Origin: an uncultured Eubacteriales bacterium
Lineage (GTDB): Bacteria > Bacillota > Clostridia > Monoglobales > UMGS1388
Length of the DNA stretch: 46,089 nt
Reading direction: 5' to 3'
Assembly (NCBI GenBank): GCA_900551345.1
Contig: URVP01000002.1
Location: 1 to 46,089 of the forward strand
A program made the position numbers and the translations under genes. Shown piece after piece: positions 1 to 10,195 of this stretch. Positions within the stretch are counted from its first letter, which is position 1. Every line of letters starts with the position of its first letter. The notes beneath the pieces were generated by a model that saw only the letters and a list, made by a program, of their open reading frames with translations, had not been told where the DNA came from and searched no databases.

Positions 1-2
1 TA

Positions 3-2303
3 ATCCCCTTTGGTGCGGGAAATCGCACAACTGACGGAATCATTACCCAGGTGTGCGATAAGAGTGAATTCCCGCAGTTAAAAACAGTAAAACAGCTTTT
101 GGATAAGGACCCATTGTGTACAAATGAACTATTAAATCTTGCACTGTGGCTTAAGGATAATTATTTTTGCAGCTATTACAGTGCATTACGCTGTGTTATG
201 CCTCCGGGAGTTGCATACCGTATTAAGAGAACCGTTAATATAATTGATCCTGATGCACAGCTAAAAGGGGTTAAAGCTAAGATTTTTAAAAGACTTCTGT
301 CCGGCGATTCGGATTGGAATAATTATTCCGCCTCGGAGCATACCCATATTACGGCGATGTGCTCCATGGGTATATTGGAAATAACCCAAAAAGGCAAAGA
401 ATCGGTAAAAAATAAGACTGCAAAAACAGTTCAGCTTAATGTGGACAGAAGTGAGGTTGATGAGATTATAGCTCATATTGCCCGTAAAGCACCCGTGCAG
501 GCACACATTTTAGAGGTTCTTTCTCAAGCGGATAATATGCCGTTGTCAGACCTTTCCCATTATATGGGAGGAGCAAATGCTGCGGTTCGTGCTATGAAAA
601 AAAAGGGGCTGGTTACGGTTTATGACCAGCGTCAGATGCGAAGTGCTTTTAACATCGATGATTATGTGCATACCGAGCCTAATAAACCTACAAGAGAGCA
701 GGCTGCGGCACTAAAAGTTTTAAAAAGTGCTTTCGACAAAGGACAAACGGAACCTTTTTTGCTTCACGGAGTTACCGGAAGCGGAAAGACTGAGGTTTTT
801 CTTCAGCTTATAGACCATGTTATCAAGCAAGGCCGACAAGCAATTGTTCTTGTCCCGGAAATTTCTCTTACTCCTCAAATGGTGGAGCGTTTTGTGGGCA
901 GATTCGGACAGCGTGTCTCTGTTCTCCACAGTTCTTTGTCAGCAGGAGAGAGATTCGACGAATGGCAGAAAATTTTAACCGGAGAGGTATCCCTTGTAAT
1001 AGGCGCAAGGTCGGCCGTGTTTGCACCTTTTGAAAACCTTGGGGTAATTATTATGGACGAGGAACAGGAAAATACTTATAAATCCGAATCCAACCCTTTG
1101 TATCATGCCCGTGAGGTTGCAGTGGAAAGATGCAGAGCACATGGAGCACTTCTTCTTATGGCATCAGCAACTCCTTCCGTTGAAAGCCGCTATAAAGCGG
1201 AACAGGGAGAATACAAGCTGATAAAAATGACTAAAAGATATAACGAAATCTCCATGCCAAAGGTGGAGATAGTAGATATGTGCGGAGAACTGAAAAACGG
1301 AAACAGAACCGTTTTCAGTAAAAGACTTATTGAACTTATAGACGAAACAATAAAACGCAAGGAAAAGATAATTCTGTTTTTGAATAGGCGGGGATATAAT
1401 ACATTTGTTTCCTGCCGGAGCTGCGGAGATGCAATTAAGTGCAAGCATTGTGACATAACAATGACATATCATAAGCGTGCAGGCAAACTTATTTGTCATT
1501 ACTGCGGCGATGAAATTCCCGTGCCGAGAGTATGTCCGTCATGCGGAAGTCCTTACATACGATATTTTGGTGACGGCACACAAAAACTGGAAGATGAACT
1601 TACACGGCTTTTTGAGGGAATAAAATTTTTGCGTATGGATATGGACACAACCACGAATAAAAATTCCCACGAAGCAATACTTCGACGCTTTCGTGATGAA
1701 GATATAGATGTTTTAATCGGCACACAAATGGTTACAAAGGGACTTGACTTTCCCGAAGTGACTCTTGTGGGGGTAATGGCTGCTGATTTGTCACTAAATA
1801 TGGGTGATTACCGTGCTTATGAAAGAACCTTTTCATTGCTGACGCAGGTATGCGGCAGAGCAGGCAGGGGTGATATTGAAGGCAGAGCGGTAATTCAGAC
1901 CTACCAGCCTGATAATTTTGTAATTCAGCTTGCCCGTGAGCACGATTACAACGGTTTTTATGAAGGGGAAATTGAGATAAGAAAAAGATTGTCTTATCCG
2001 CCCTTTTGTGATTTGATAATGGTTCTGATAACGGGTGAAAACAGGGAAAAGGCGGCACTTGCCATAGAGGAGGCGGCTCGTATCATTAAAGAGGAATTTC
2101 CTTTTAATGAGAAAGGCGGAAAAATCTCTGAACCTTCACCGGCACCCCTTTCTCGTATAAAAGATAAATACCGTTTCAGATTTCTTATAAAAACAAGCAA
2201 CCGAGAAGCTCTTTTTCCGATTCTGCACAAGGTGGAAAGCATTATGAAAAAGCGGAGCGGAATAAGTATTATAATTGATATAAATCCAAATAGTATATTG
2301 TAG
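3..2303 (+). CDS. priA: Primosomal protein N' (replication-restart helicase PriA), 5' end cut by the window edge
   Basis: The frame of ORF 51..2303 stays open back to nt 3 (IPFGAGNRTTDGIITQ...), so the GTG at 51 is not the true start. Walker A GVTGSGKTEV and a DEEQE box are present. There is a Cys-rich zinc-finger insert (CRSCGDAIKCKHCD...CHYCG...CPSCGS) and helicase C motifs TQMVTKGLDFP and QVCGRAGRG. Confidence 0.95.
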   Translation: MPFGAGNRTTDGIITQVCDKSEFPQLKTVKQLLDKDPLCTNELLNLALWLKDNYFCSYYSALRCVMPPGVAYRIKRTVNIIDPDAQLKGVKAKIFKRLLSGDSDWNNYSASEHTHITAMCSMGILEITQKGKESVKNKTAKTVQLNVDRSEVDEIIAHIARKAPVQAHILEVLSQADNMPLSDLSHYMGGANAAVRAMKKKGLVTVYDQRQMRSAFNIDDYVHTEPNKPTREQAAALKVLKSAFDKGQTEPFLLHGVTGSGKTEVFLQLIDHVIKQGRQAIVLVPEISLTPQMVERFVGRFGQRVSVLHSSLSAGERFDEWQKILTGEVSLVIGARSAVFAPFENLGVIIMDEEQENTYKSESNPLYHAREVAVERCRAHGALLLMASATPSVESRYKAEQGEYKLIKMTKRYNEISMPKVEIVDMCGELKNGNRTVFSKRLIELIDETIKRKEKIILFLNRRGYNTFVSCRSCGDAIKCKHCDITMTYHKRAGKLICHYCGDEIPVPRVCPSCGSPYIRYFGDGTQKLEDELTRLFEGIKFLRMDMDTTTNKNSHEAILRRFRDEDIDVLIGTQMVTKGLDFPEVTLVGVMAADLSLNMGDYRAYERTFSLLTQVCGRAGRGDIEGRAVIQTYQPDNFVIQLAREHDYNGFYEGEIEIRKRLSYPPFCDLIMVLITGENREKAALAIEEAARIIKEEFPFNEKGGKISEPSPAPLSRIKDKYRFRFLIKTSNREALFPILHKVESIMKKRSGISIIIDINPNSIL

Positions 2304-2320
2304 TAAAGGAAATGATTTTT

Positions 2321-2776
2321 ATGGCAATAAGAAATATTGTAAAATATGGCGAGGAAGTGCTTAAAAAGAAAGCTCGTCCTGTAGAAAAAGTAGATGACAG
2401 AATACGCATGATTATTGATGATATGCTTGATACCATGCGTGATGCGGACGGTGTTGGACTTGCCGCACCGCAGGTAGGTATACTTAAGCGTATTGTGGTT
2501 ATTGAGGTGGATGACAAGGTTTATGAGCTTGTTAATCCGGTTATAGTCGAAAGGTCCAAAGAAACTGAGGTTAATAATGAGGCGTGCCTCAGCTGCCCCG
2601 GTGTAACTGCTGCGGTGGAGCGTCCTGTAAAGGTTACTGTTGAAGCACTCGACCGGAATGGCAATCCTTGCCGGTATAGCGGAGAAGGTCTTTTGTGCAT
2701 GGCATTTTGTCATGAAATTGACCATCTTGACGGGCTTACGATTGTTGACACAGCAAAGGAATTTATAGACGATTAA
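2321..2776 (+). CDS. def: Peptide deformylase
   Basis: The three deformylase motifs are present: GVGLAAPQ, EACLSCPG and HEIDHLDG. The ATG at 2321 (MAIRNIV...) sits about 10 nt after AAAGGAA, whereas the ATG at 2312 is too close to the RBS. Confidence 0.95.
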   Translation: MAIRNIVKYGEEVLKKKARPVEKVDDRIRMIIDDMLDTMRDADGVGLAAPQVGILKRIVVIEVDDKVYELVNPVIVERSKETEVNNEACLSCPGVTAAVERPVKVTVEALDRNGNPCRYSGEGLLCMAFCHEIDHLDGLTIVDTAKEFIDD

Positions 2777-2819
2777 TTTCCATAAGTATGGCAAATCGTT
2801 TAAAAGGACTGATCATATT

Positions 2820-3737
2820 ATGAAGATTATGTTTATGGGAACGCCTGATTTTGCAGTTCCCAGCCTTGAAAAACTTATATTAAATCATGATGTAACGGCA
2901 GTAGTGACTCAGCCGGACAGACCTAAGGGCAGGGGACACAAGCTTATGCCGCCTCCGGTAAAGGTCATTGCTCAGCAGCATGAGATACCGGTATATCAGC
3001 CTGATACATTTAAGGATAAAGCTTTTTTACCCATCCTTGAAGAGCATAAACCTGATGTAATAGTTGTGGTTGCTTACGGAAGAATTCTTCCCTCATATGT
3101 TCTTGATTTTCCCAAATACGGATGTGTAAATGTTCACGGTTCTCTGTTGCCTAAATACAGAGGTGCAGCTCCTGTACAGTGGGCGGTAATAAACGGCGAA
3201 GAAAAAAGCGGTGTTTGTACCATGCGTATGGAAAAAGGACTTGACACCGGAGCGGTATATGAGGTTTATGAAACTCAGATTGAAAAATATGAAACAGCAG
3301 GACATCTTTTTGACCGTCTTGCACAGGCGGGAGCAGAATTGCTTCTGTCAACGCTTTCAAAGTTGGATAGTATAGAGCCAACCGAGCAAGATGATAAATT
3401 ATCTTGTTATGCACCTATGATTACTAAGGAAATGGCAAGAATCGATTGGACTAAAACCTCCCATCAAGTAGTGAATCTTATTCACGGCATGAATCCCTCT
3501 CCCGTAGCTCATACAGCTTATGAAGGAAATCCTCTTAAGGTTTATACGGCAGAGATAGGCTCCTCAAGCAGCTTAAATCCGGGGCAAATTGGAGCGGTTA
3601 TAAAGAAAAAAGGCCTTGAGATTGGCTGCGGCGGTGGAAGTGTTATTATTAAAGAAGTACAGCCGGCAGGCAAAAAGCGAATGAATATAGAAGATTACCT
3701 CAGAGGTCACGAGATGAAAGGATATTTTGATGAATAA
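2820..3737 (+). CDS. fmt: Methionyl-tRNA formyltransferase
   Basis: It has the N-terminus MKIMFMGTPDFAVPSL and the motif VNVHGSLLPKYRGAAPVQWA. The length of 305 aa fits, and it sits directly after def as in most bacteria. Confidence 0.95.
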   Translation: MKIMFMGTPDFAVPSLEKLILNHDVTAVVTQPDRPKGRGHKLMPPPVKVIAQQHEIPVYQPDTFKDKAFLPILEEHKPDVIVVVAYGRILPSYVLDFPKYGCVNVHGSLLPKYRGAAPVQWAVINGEEKSGVCTMRMEKGLDTGAVYEVYETQIEKYETAGHLFDRLAQAGAELLLSTLSKLDSIEPTEQDDKLSCYAPMITKEMARIDWTKTSHQVVNLIHGMNPSPVAHTAYEGNPLKVYTAEIGSSSSLNPGQIGAVIKKKGLEIGCGGGSVIIKEVQPAGKKRMNIEDYLRGHEMKGYFDE

Positions 3738-4983
3738 CAGCTCAAACGCCCGTGAGGCGGCTTTGAAAATTCTTCATAAAATGCAGGAAGGCGCATATAT
3801 TAACACTGCTGTTAAAGAAGGTTTGCCCCGTAATATGAAAAAAGAGGACAAATCCCTTGCATCTCTGCTTGTTTACGGGGTTACATCAAATAAAACTCGT
3901 CTTGATTACGATATATCCAAATTCAGTAAAATTCCGATTAGAAAGATAAGTCATTGGATAATGGATATTTTGAGAATGGGCTTCTATCAGCTGTTTTTTC
4001 TCGATAAAATTCCTGCTTGTGCAGCGGTTAACGAAAGTGTAAAGCTTGCAAAAAGGTATGGCCATTCAGCTTCGGCAGGATTTGTGAACGGAGTTCTGCG
4101 CCGTGCGGCAAAGGAAGGAGAACCAAAGCTTCCCGACGATTTATCTGTTATATACTCTCATCCTGGTTGGATTGTGGATATGTGGACAAAGGATTATGGA
4201 GTAGAAACTGCTAAAAAAATACTTAAGGTTAATAATATACCGCCTGTATGCTATGTGCGGGCGAATACGCTTAAAATATCATCTGAAGAACTTTCCCGGC
4301 GTGTGGGCGGGCGCAGTATTGACGACCTGTTTGTCCGGGTAGAAAGTCTTGCCGGTGTGGAATACAGCGAAGAGTACAGACAGGGCCTTTTAACTCTTCA
4401 AGGTCTTTCTTCGGCTCAGGCTGTAAAGGCGCTTGCACCTCAAAAAGGACAGCTTGTTCTGGATTTATGTGCCGCCCCGGGCGGTAAATCAACCCTTGCT
4501 GCTCAGCTTATGGAAAATGAAGGAGAGATCATTGCTTGTGATATATATGAGCATAGGCTTGACTTAATAGAAAAGAATGCACGCCGTATGGGTATAAATA
4601 TTATAAAAACCCGGCTGCACAATGCACTGGAACCAATGCCTGAATATGTAAAAAAAGCGGATCGTGTTCTGGCTGATGTGCCATGCAGCGGATTGGGAGT
4701 AATAAGGAAAAAGCCGGACATACGCTGGGATAAAAAACCGGAGGATATAGATGCGCTTTGCCAAGTGCAGAATGGTATATTACATACTGCCGCCCAGTAT
4801 GTAAAACCCGGAGGAATATTAGTGTATTCCACATGTACAATTTGCGAAAAGGAAAACAGCATTATGGTTAAAACCTTTCTCGACAATCACAAAAGTTTTG
4901 ACCTTATATCACAAAGACAGTATTTCCCCTTTGAAGAGGGCTGTGATGGCTTTTATATAGGAGTACTATTATGCAGGGAATAA
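3727..4983 (+). CDS. rsmB: 16S rRNA (cytosine967-C5)-methyltransferase RsmB/Sun
   Basis: A NusB-like N-terminal half is followed by SAM motif DLCAAPGGKS and catalytic Cys motifs DVPCSGLGV and YSTCT. It overlaps the fmt stop by 11 nt. Confidence 0.9.
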   Translation: MMNNSSNAREAALKILHKMQEGAYINTAVKEGLPRNMKKEDKSLASLLVYGVTSNKTRLDYDISKFSKIPIRKISHWIMDILRMGFYQLFFLDKIPACAAVNESVKLAKRYGHSASAGFVNGVLRRAAKEGEPKLPDDLSVIYSHPGWIVDMWTKDYGVETAKKILKVNNIPPVCYVRANTLKISSEELSRRVGGRSIDDLFVRVESLAGVEYSEEYRQGLLTLQGLSSAQAVKALAPQKGQLVLDLCAAPGGKSTLAAQLMENEGEIIACDIYEHRLDLIEKNARRMGINIIKTRLHNALEPMPEYVKKADRVLADVPCSGLGVIRKKPDIRWDKKPEDIDALCQVQNGILHTAAQYVKPGGILVYSTCTICEKENSIMVKTFLDNHKSFDLISQRQYFPFEEGCDGFYIGVLLCRE

Positions 4984-6005
4984 ATGATTTAACCGTAAAT
5001 CAGCTTAAAGATGCTCTTAGCGAAATTCCCGAAGCAAAAGGATTTCGCACCAAACAGATAATTGAATGGGTATTTAAGGGTGTGTCAAGCTTTGATGAAA
5101 TGACAAATATATCAAAACCTTTAAGAGAACTGCTTTCAAAGAATTTTTGCTTTCACTGGGCTGAAATTGAAGAAAGTTTTCCCTCAAAACTTGACGGGAC
5201 AATAAAGTACTTGCTCCGCCTTTCTGACGGCAACTGTGTTGAAGCGGTGCTTATGAGGTATAAGCATGGTAATACAATCTGTCTTTCCACTCAGGTGGGA
5301 TGCCGAATGGGATGCAAATTTTGTGCTTCAACCATAGGCGGTCGACTGCGCAATCTTACGGCAGGTGAAATTACTTCGCAAATTTATGCAGTTCAAAAGG
5401 ATATAGGACAGCGAATATCGAATATAGTTCTTATGGGAATCGGAGAACCGCTGGATAATTATGATAATGTTATTGCTTTTTTGAGAAATGTTAACGAGCC
5501 CATAGGTCTTAATATAGGCTACAGACACATTTCCCTATCTACTTGCGGTCTTGCTGAAGGGATCGACCGGCTTGCAGATGAACAGATGCCAATAACGCTT
5601 TCTGTATCACTTCACGCACCGGATAACGAAACAAGAAACAGGATTATGCCGGTAAACAAAAAATATCCGATTGAGCGTCTTATGCTTGCATGCAAGTCTT
5701 ATATAAAGAAAACCGGAAGGCGTATTTCCTTTGAATATATACTTATTGACGGTGTAAATGATACACCTTTGGCGGCACAAAAGCTTGCCTTGCTTTTAAA
5801 GGGTATGTTGTGCCATGTGAATTTAATTCCTGCAAATGAAGTTAAAGAGACCGGGATGAAAAGAACTCCTCCGCAAAGAGTAAGAACTTTTCAAAGAGAT
5901 CTTGAAACGCGGGGAATAACCGTGACGGTACGGCGTGAGCTGGGCAGTGACATAAATGCTTCCTGCGGACAGCTCAGAAAAAACCGAATGGAGCAAAAAG
6001 CATAA
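4971..6005 (+). CDS. rlmN: 23S rRNA/tRNA adenine-C2 methyltransferase RlmN (radical SAM)
   Basis: It carries the radical-SAM CxxxCxxC motif (GCRMGCKFCAS), GIGEPLDN, and the C-terminal SCGQL catalytic Cys. It overlaps rsmB by 13 nt. Confidence 0.93.
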   Translation: MQGINDLTVNQLKDALSEIPEAKGFRTKQIIEWVFKGVSSFDEMTNISKPLRELLSKNFCFHWAEIEESFPSKLDGTIKYLLRLSDGNCVEAVLMRYKHGNTICLSTQVGCRMGCKFCASTIGGRLRNLTAGEITSQIYAVQKDIGQRISNIVLMGIGEPLDNYDNVIAFLRNVNEPIGLNIGYRHISLSTCGLAEGIDRLADEQMPITLSVSLHAPDNETRNRIMPVNKKYPIERLMLACKSYIKKTGRRISFEYILIDGVNDTPLAAQKLALLLKGMLCHVNLIPANEVKETGMKRTPPQRVRTFQRDLETRGITVTVRRELGSDINASCGQLRKNRMEQKA

Positions 6006-6034
6006 AGACATTTTCAGAAAAGTGGTGGTAGATT

Positions 6035-6739
6035 ATGCTTATTTCAGCCGGAACTGATGTAGGTGTTGTGCGAAGCATCAATCAGGATAGCTATCTGGTA
6101 GATAAAAATAATAAATATTGTATAGTTGCTGACGGAATGGGCGGTCATAACGCCGGAGAGATAGCCAGCACCATGGCGGCACGGGAAGCGGGGAAATTCC
6201 TCGATGATAACACGCCGCAAACCCTTCATGCTACTGTAGATGCGGTTTATGATGCGATTCGATGTGCAAACAACCGGGTGTTTAAAGCCGCACGGCTCAA
6301 CTTTGATTATTCCGGAATGGGGACCACAATGGTTATGACTTATTTTTATGACCAGCGGATTATTATTGCCAATGTGGGAGACAGCCGTGCATATCTTGTG
6401 CGTGATGGGTCTATCAGGCAGATTACCAAGGACCATTCAATGGTAGAACGGTTGGTAGACGAAGGTACAATCACACGAGAGCAGGCTAAAAATCATCCTC
6501 AGAAAAATATGATTACAAGAGCTATAGGAACAGACCGTGAGGTGCAGGCGGATATATATATGCTGAGTGCCCGGAAAAATGATATAATTCTTCTCTGTTC
6601 GGATGGACTCAGCAATGAGGTTGGAGAGGATGACCTTTGCAAATTGCTTCTTAGCGGCGCCGATGCAGACGCTCTTATAAAAGAGGCAAAAGAAAACGGT
6701 GGGCATGATAACATAACAGCGGTAATTATCAGAATGTGA
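6035..6739 (+). CDS. prpC: PP2C-family Ser/Thr protein phosphatase (Stp/PrpC)
   Basis: PP2C motifs are present: VADGMGGHNAGE, GDSRAYL, CSDGLSN and GGHDNITAV. It lies immediately upstream of the kinase gene. Confidence 0.93.
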   Translation: MLISAGTDVGVVRSINQDSYLVDKNNKYCIVADGMGGHNAGEIASTMAAREAGKFLDDNTPQTLHATVDAVYDAIRCANNRVFKAARLNFDYSGMGTTMVMTYFYDQRIIIANVGDSRAYLVRDGSIRQITKDHSMVERLVDEGTITREQAKNHPQKNMITRAIGTDREVQADIYMLSARKNDIILLCSDGLSNEVGEDDLCKLLLSGADADALIKEAKENGGHDNITAVIIRM

Positions 6740-6749
6740 GGTGTTTTAT

Positions 6750-8651
6750 ATGATCGGAACAGTTTTAGGCAACAGATATGAGTTAGTCGAAAAAATCGGA
6801 AGCGGCGGAATGGCAGATGTATATAAGGCAAAGTGCCGGCTGCTTAACCGATTTGTAGCAATAAAAATTTTGAAGCAGGAGTTTATAAACGATGAAGAAT
6901 TTCTGGCTCGGTTCAAGACCGAGTCTCAGGCGGCGGCAAGTCTTTCTCATCCTAATATAGTTTCAATATATGATGTAGGGCGTGACGGAGACTATAACTA
7001 TATAGTTATGGAGTATGTGGAGGGAATTACTCTTAAGCAGTATATAGAAAAGAACGGAATTTTTTCCTGGAGGGAAACCATTGATATTTCTGTTCAGATT
7101 CTCGACGCACTTGAACACGCTCACAAAAACGGAATAGTACATCGTGATATAAAGCCTCACAATATTATGATTACTCCCAATAAAACTATAAAGGTCATGG
7201 ATTTTGGTATTGCTCGTGCTGCCACTGCATCCACATTAACACTAAGTGGAACGACTATAGGTTCTGTTCACTATTTTTCGCCGGAACAGGCAAAGGGGAG
7301 TTATACAGACGCTAAGTCGGATATATATTCGGTGGGCGTTGTTATGTATGAAATGCTTACCGGCAGAGTACCTTTTGACGGGGACAGTTCCATATCCATT
7401 GCAATTATGCAGATACAGAATAATCCCCCGTCACTTAAGGAATTTAATATAAGCGTTCCCCTTGCCCTTGAATCTGTTATTATGAAAGCCATGAATAAGG
7501 ACAGGGATATGCGGTATCAGACAGCTGCCGCTATGGCAAAAGACCTGATGCTGATTGAAAAGCTTCCTGAAATTGCTGTAAAAAAAGAAGATCCTTCAGA
7601 GTTTGAAAGTGAAACTCGTGTAATGCAAGCGGTCAGAGACCAAGATATAGACAGGTATCTTTCCACACATCGAAGCAGTGAGCCGGTAAGAAAAGAGCCG
7701 GCTGATACAACTAAAAATGCTTCGGGCAAAAACGGAAAAAATCCCGGCGTAATCGCAGCATATGTTGCGGCAGGGGTATTTGCACTGACTGTTATTGTAT
7801 TCCTTTTTGTGCTTCTGGGCGGAAGTCCTGAAAAGAAAGTTCCTAACCTTGTGGGTATGACATTTGAAGAGGCATGCGAGCAGTATGAAAGTGACGATAT
7901 TACCATTATTAAGGCCGGCGAAGAAGCCAGTGATGAATATGAGGAAGGTCTGATTATCTCTCAAGATCCGGAAAAAGGTGAAGGCTATAAGAATAAATGT
8001 ACCATCAGCGTTATTATAAGCAGCGGAAAAGGTGAGATGGTTCTTGATGATTATTCTGGATTATCCGTTGAAGAGGCTATAGAAAAGCTCACCGCTTTAG
8101 GTTTGGATTATGAACAGCTCAGCGTTGAAAATGACGATGTAGAACCCGGTAAGATTGTTAAAACCAGTCCGGCTGCCGGAGCGTCGGTAAATAAAAATCA
8201 AGTTATCATTTTGTATGTAAGTTCTACCGAAGATACCAAAATTGTTCCCAACTTACTTGGTAGAACTCTTGATGAGGCAAAGAAACTTATCAGTGATGCA
8301 GGCCTTAAAGTGGGTAATGTAACATATCTTGAAAGTTCAAAACCTGAAGGTACGGTTATTCAGCAAGTAGCATCAGCCGGAGAAACAGTGGACAAAAATG
8401 CCGCTATTGATTTGGTTATTGCTAAAAAAGAGGAGGAAGTAAGCAATACCATTACTAAAACCATAACCGTTACAGTACCTCAGGAAAATGAATCAACCCG
8501 TATCAAGGTTACAGCTAACGGGAAAACGGTTTTCGATGAGACGGTTAACAAGTCTGAAATAGCTAAAGATGTGATTGTGGAAGGAGAAGCTCCTTTGACA
8601 GTTGAAATATATCATGACGGCGTTCTTATAAGCACGCAGGAATATGAATAA
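6750..8651 (+). CDS. prkC: Ser/Thr protein kinase PrkC with extracellular PASTA repeats
   Basis: The Hanks kinase motifs are GSGGMADVYKA, HRDIKPHN, DFGIA and SPEQ. A single TM helix (GVIAAYVAAGVFALTVIVFLFVLLG) is followed by three PASTA-like repeats (VPNLVGMT..., LDDYSGLS..., VPNLLGRT...) and a C-terminal beta domain. The ATG at 6750 is 8 nt after GAGG; the GTG at 6741 is less likely. Confidence 0.93.
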   Translation: MIGTVLGNRYELVEKIGSGGMADVYKAKCRLLNRFVAIKILKQEFINDEEFLARFKTESQAAASLSHPNIVSIYDVGRDGDYNYIVMEYVEGITLKQYIEKNGIFSWRETIDISVQILDALEHAHKNGIVHRDIKPHNIMITPNKTIKVMDFGIARAATASTLTLSGTTIGSVHYFSPEQAKGSYTDAKSDIYSVGVVMYEMLTGRVPFDGDSSISIAIMQIQNNPPSLKEFNISVPLALESVIMKAMNKDRDMRYQTAAAMAKDLMLIEKLPEIAVKKEDPSEFESETRVMQAVRDQDIDRYLSTHRSSEPVRKEPADTTKNASGKNGKNPGVIAAYVAAGVFALTVIVFLFVLLGGSPEKKVPNLVGMTFEEACEQYESDDITIIKAGEEASDEYEEGLIISQDPEKGEGYKNKCTISVIISSGKGEMVLDDYSGLSVEEAIEKLTALGLDYEQLSVENDDVEPGKIVKTSPAAGASVNKNQVIILYVSSTEDTKIVPNLLGRTLDEAKKLISDAGLKVGNVTYLESSKPEGTVIQQVASAGETVDKNAAIDLVIAKKEEEVSNTITKTITVTVPQENESTRIKVTANGKTVFDETVNKSEIAKDVIVEGEAPLTVEIYHDGVLISTQEYE

Positions 8652-8660
8652 GAGGTATTT

Positions 8661-9536
8661 ATGACTACAGGAATAATAACAAAGGGAATAGGCGGATTTT
8701 ATTATGTCGCCTGTGATGACGGCGGTATGGTGGAATGCCGTGCAAGAGGGAAATTTCGTAAAATGAATATTAAGCCCTGTGTGGGAGATCGTGTAAACAT
8801 AACAGTTTATGGAGAACAGGGCGCTGTAGAGGAGATTTTTCCGCGTAAAAACTTCCTCATACGCCCCCCTGTTGCAAATATTGATCGTATTGCCGTAGTG
8901 ATTGCAGCCGCCCTTCCTTCTCCTGACTTTTTCGTCATGGACCGGCTTATTGCTTATGCAGAACATTCGGGGATAGATGTGGTTGTTTGTGTAAATAAAA
9001 CAGATCTTGCTGATCCGGCAGAAATAGTCAGCGTTTATGAGCGGGCGGGCTATAGGGTTCTCCCCGTTTGTGCAGCTGAAAACAAGGGATTGGATCCACT
9101 CAAAGAAATAATATCCTGCGGAGTTACCGCTTTTGCCGGAAATTCCGGTGTGGGTAAATCCAGCATTTTAAATGCCCTGGGTTTTTCGTTGGAAACAGGT
9201 TCTGTCAGTCGTAAACAGCATGGGCGTCATACTACCCGACATGTGGAACTTATGCCGTACGGCGAAGGGGGATTTGTTATTGATACTCCCGGTTTTAGTC
9301 TGCTTGATATGACAAGCCTTCGTGCTGAGGAAATCCCCGCTTGCTTTAGGGAATTTAAAAAACTTGATCCTTGCGAATTCGGTGATTGCATGCACATGGG
9401 GGCAAAAGGCTGTAAAGTAATTAAAGCCGTAAATGACGGTATAATTGCCCCGTCAAGATATGAAAGCTACAAAGCTATATATAACGAATTAAAAGATATT
9501 AAGGAGTGGCAGAGAACAAATGGCGCTAACGATTAA
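8661..9536 (+). CDS. rsgA: Ribosome small-subunit biogenesis GTPase RsgA (circularly permuted)
   Basis: G4 (VNKTDL) precedes G1 (GNSGVGKSS), followed by DTPGF. There is a C-terminal zinc cluster, C..C..C.H....C. Confidence 0.92.
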   Translation: MTTGIITKGIGGFYYVACDDGGMVECRARGKFRKMNIKPCVGDRVNITVYGEQGAVEEIFPRKNFLIRPPVANIDRIAVVIAAALPSPDFFVMDRLIAYAEHSGIDVVVCVNKTDLADPAEIVSVYERAGYRVLPVCAAENKGLDPLKEIISCGVTAFAGNSGVGKSSILNALGFSLETGSVSRKQHGRHTTRHVELMPYGEGGFVIDTPGFSLLDMTSLRAEEIPACFREFKKLDPCEFGDCMHMGAKGCKVIKAVNDGIIAPSRYESYKAIYNELKDIKEWQRTNGAND

Positions 9537-10182
9537 AATATCTCCTTCGGTGCTCTCAGCAGATTGTGCAGCATTTGGAAGAGATATATCAAAGATTGAA
9601 AACGAAGCTCAATGGCTTCATTATGATGTAATGGATGGACATTTTGTCCCTAACATAAGCTATGGTGTTCCGGTGGTAAAAAGCCTTACTGCCGTAACAA
9701 AACTTTTTGCCGATGTTCACCTTATGATAACTGATCCGCTTTTTTATGTTGAACCTTTTGTTAAAGCGGGTGCCCAAATGCTTACATTTCATGTAGAGGC
9801 AGACAGCGATATTCAGGAAACCATAGACAAGATACACAGCTTTGGAATCAAGTGCGGATTGGCACTTAAGCCTAAAACGCCTGTTGACGCTGTTATGCCG
9901 TATCTTGACAAGATAGACATGCTGCTTCAGATGACTGTAGAACCCGGGTTCGGAGGACAGGCAATGGTTGAGGATGCAGTGGGGAACATTTCAATTTTTC
10001 GTAAAGCGGCGCCCGGGCTTGATATACAGGTTGACGGCGGTATAAACACGGAAAATATCGGTCGCATTGCTGCAGAAGGAGCAAATGTTTTTGTTGCGGG
10101 GTCTGCCGTGTTCGGTTCACAGGATCCGGCACAAACAGTACGGGTTATGAAAGAGCGTGCCCAGGCATCACTAAACTGTTAA
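9520..10182 (+). CDS. rpe: Ribulose-phosphate 3-epimerase
   Basis: It carries ISPSVLSAD, HYDVMDGHFVPN, VEPGFGGQ and VDGGIN. It overlaps the rsgA stop by 17 nt. Confidence 0.93.
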   Translation: MALTIKISPSVLSADCAAFGRDISKIENEAQWLHYDVMDGHFVPNISYGVPVVKSLTAVTKLFADVHLMITDPLFYVEPFVKAGAQMLTFHVEADSDIQETIDKIHSFGIKCGLALKPKTPVDAVMPYLDKIDMLLQMTVEPGFGGQAMVEDAVGNISIFRKAAPGLDIQVDGGINTENIGRIAAEGANVFVAGSAVFGSQDPAQTVRVMKERAQASLNC

Positions 10183-10195
10183 GGGAGTAATACAT

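Noticed and set aside
1994-2794. A 266-aa minus-strand ORF. Other long antisense ORFs are similar: 10598-11236 (212 aa), 43128-43892 (254 aa), 8493-8966 (157 aa) and 28184-28663 (159 aa).
   Set aside because: Each lies entirely antisense to a gene with strong family motifs (priA/def, thiN/TetM-like, GH38, prkC/rsgA, typA). Their translations are low-complexity or hydrophobic nonsense with no RBS support. They are shadow ORFs.
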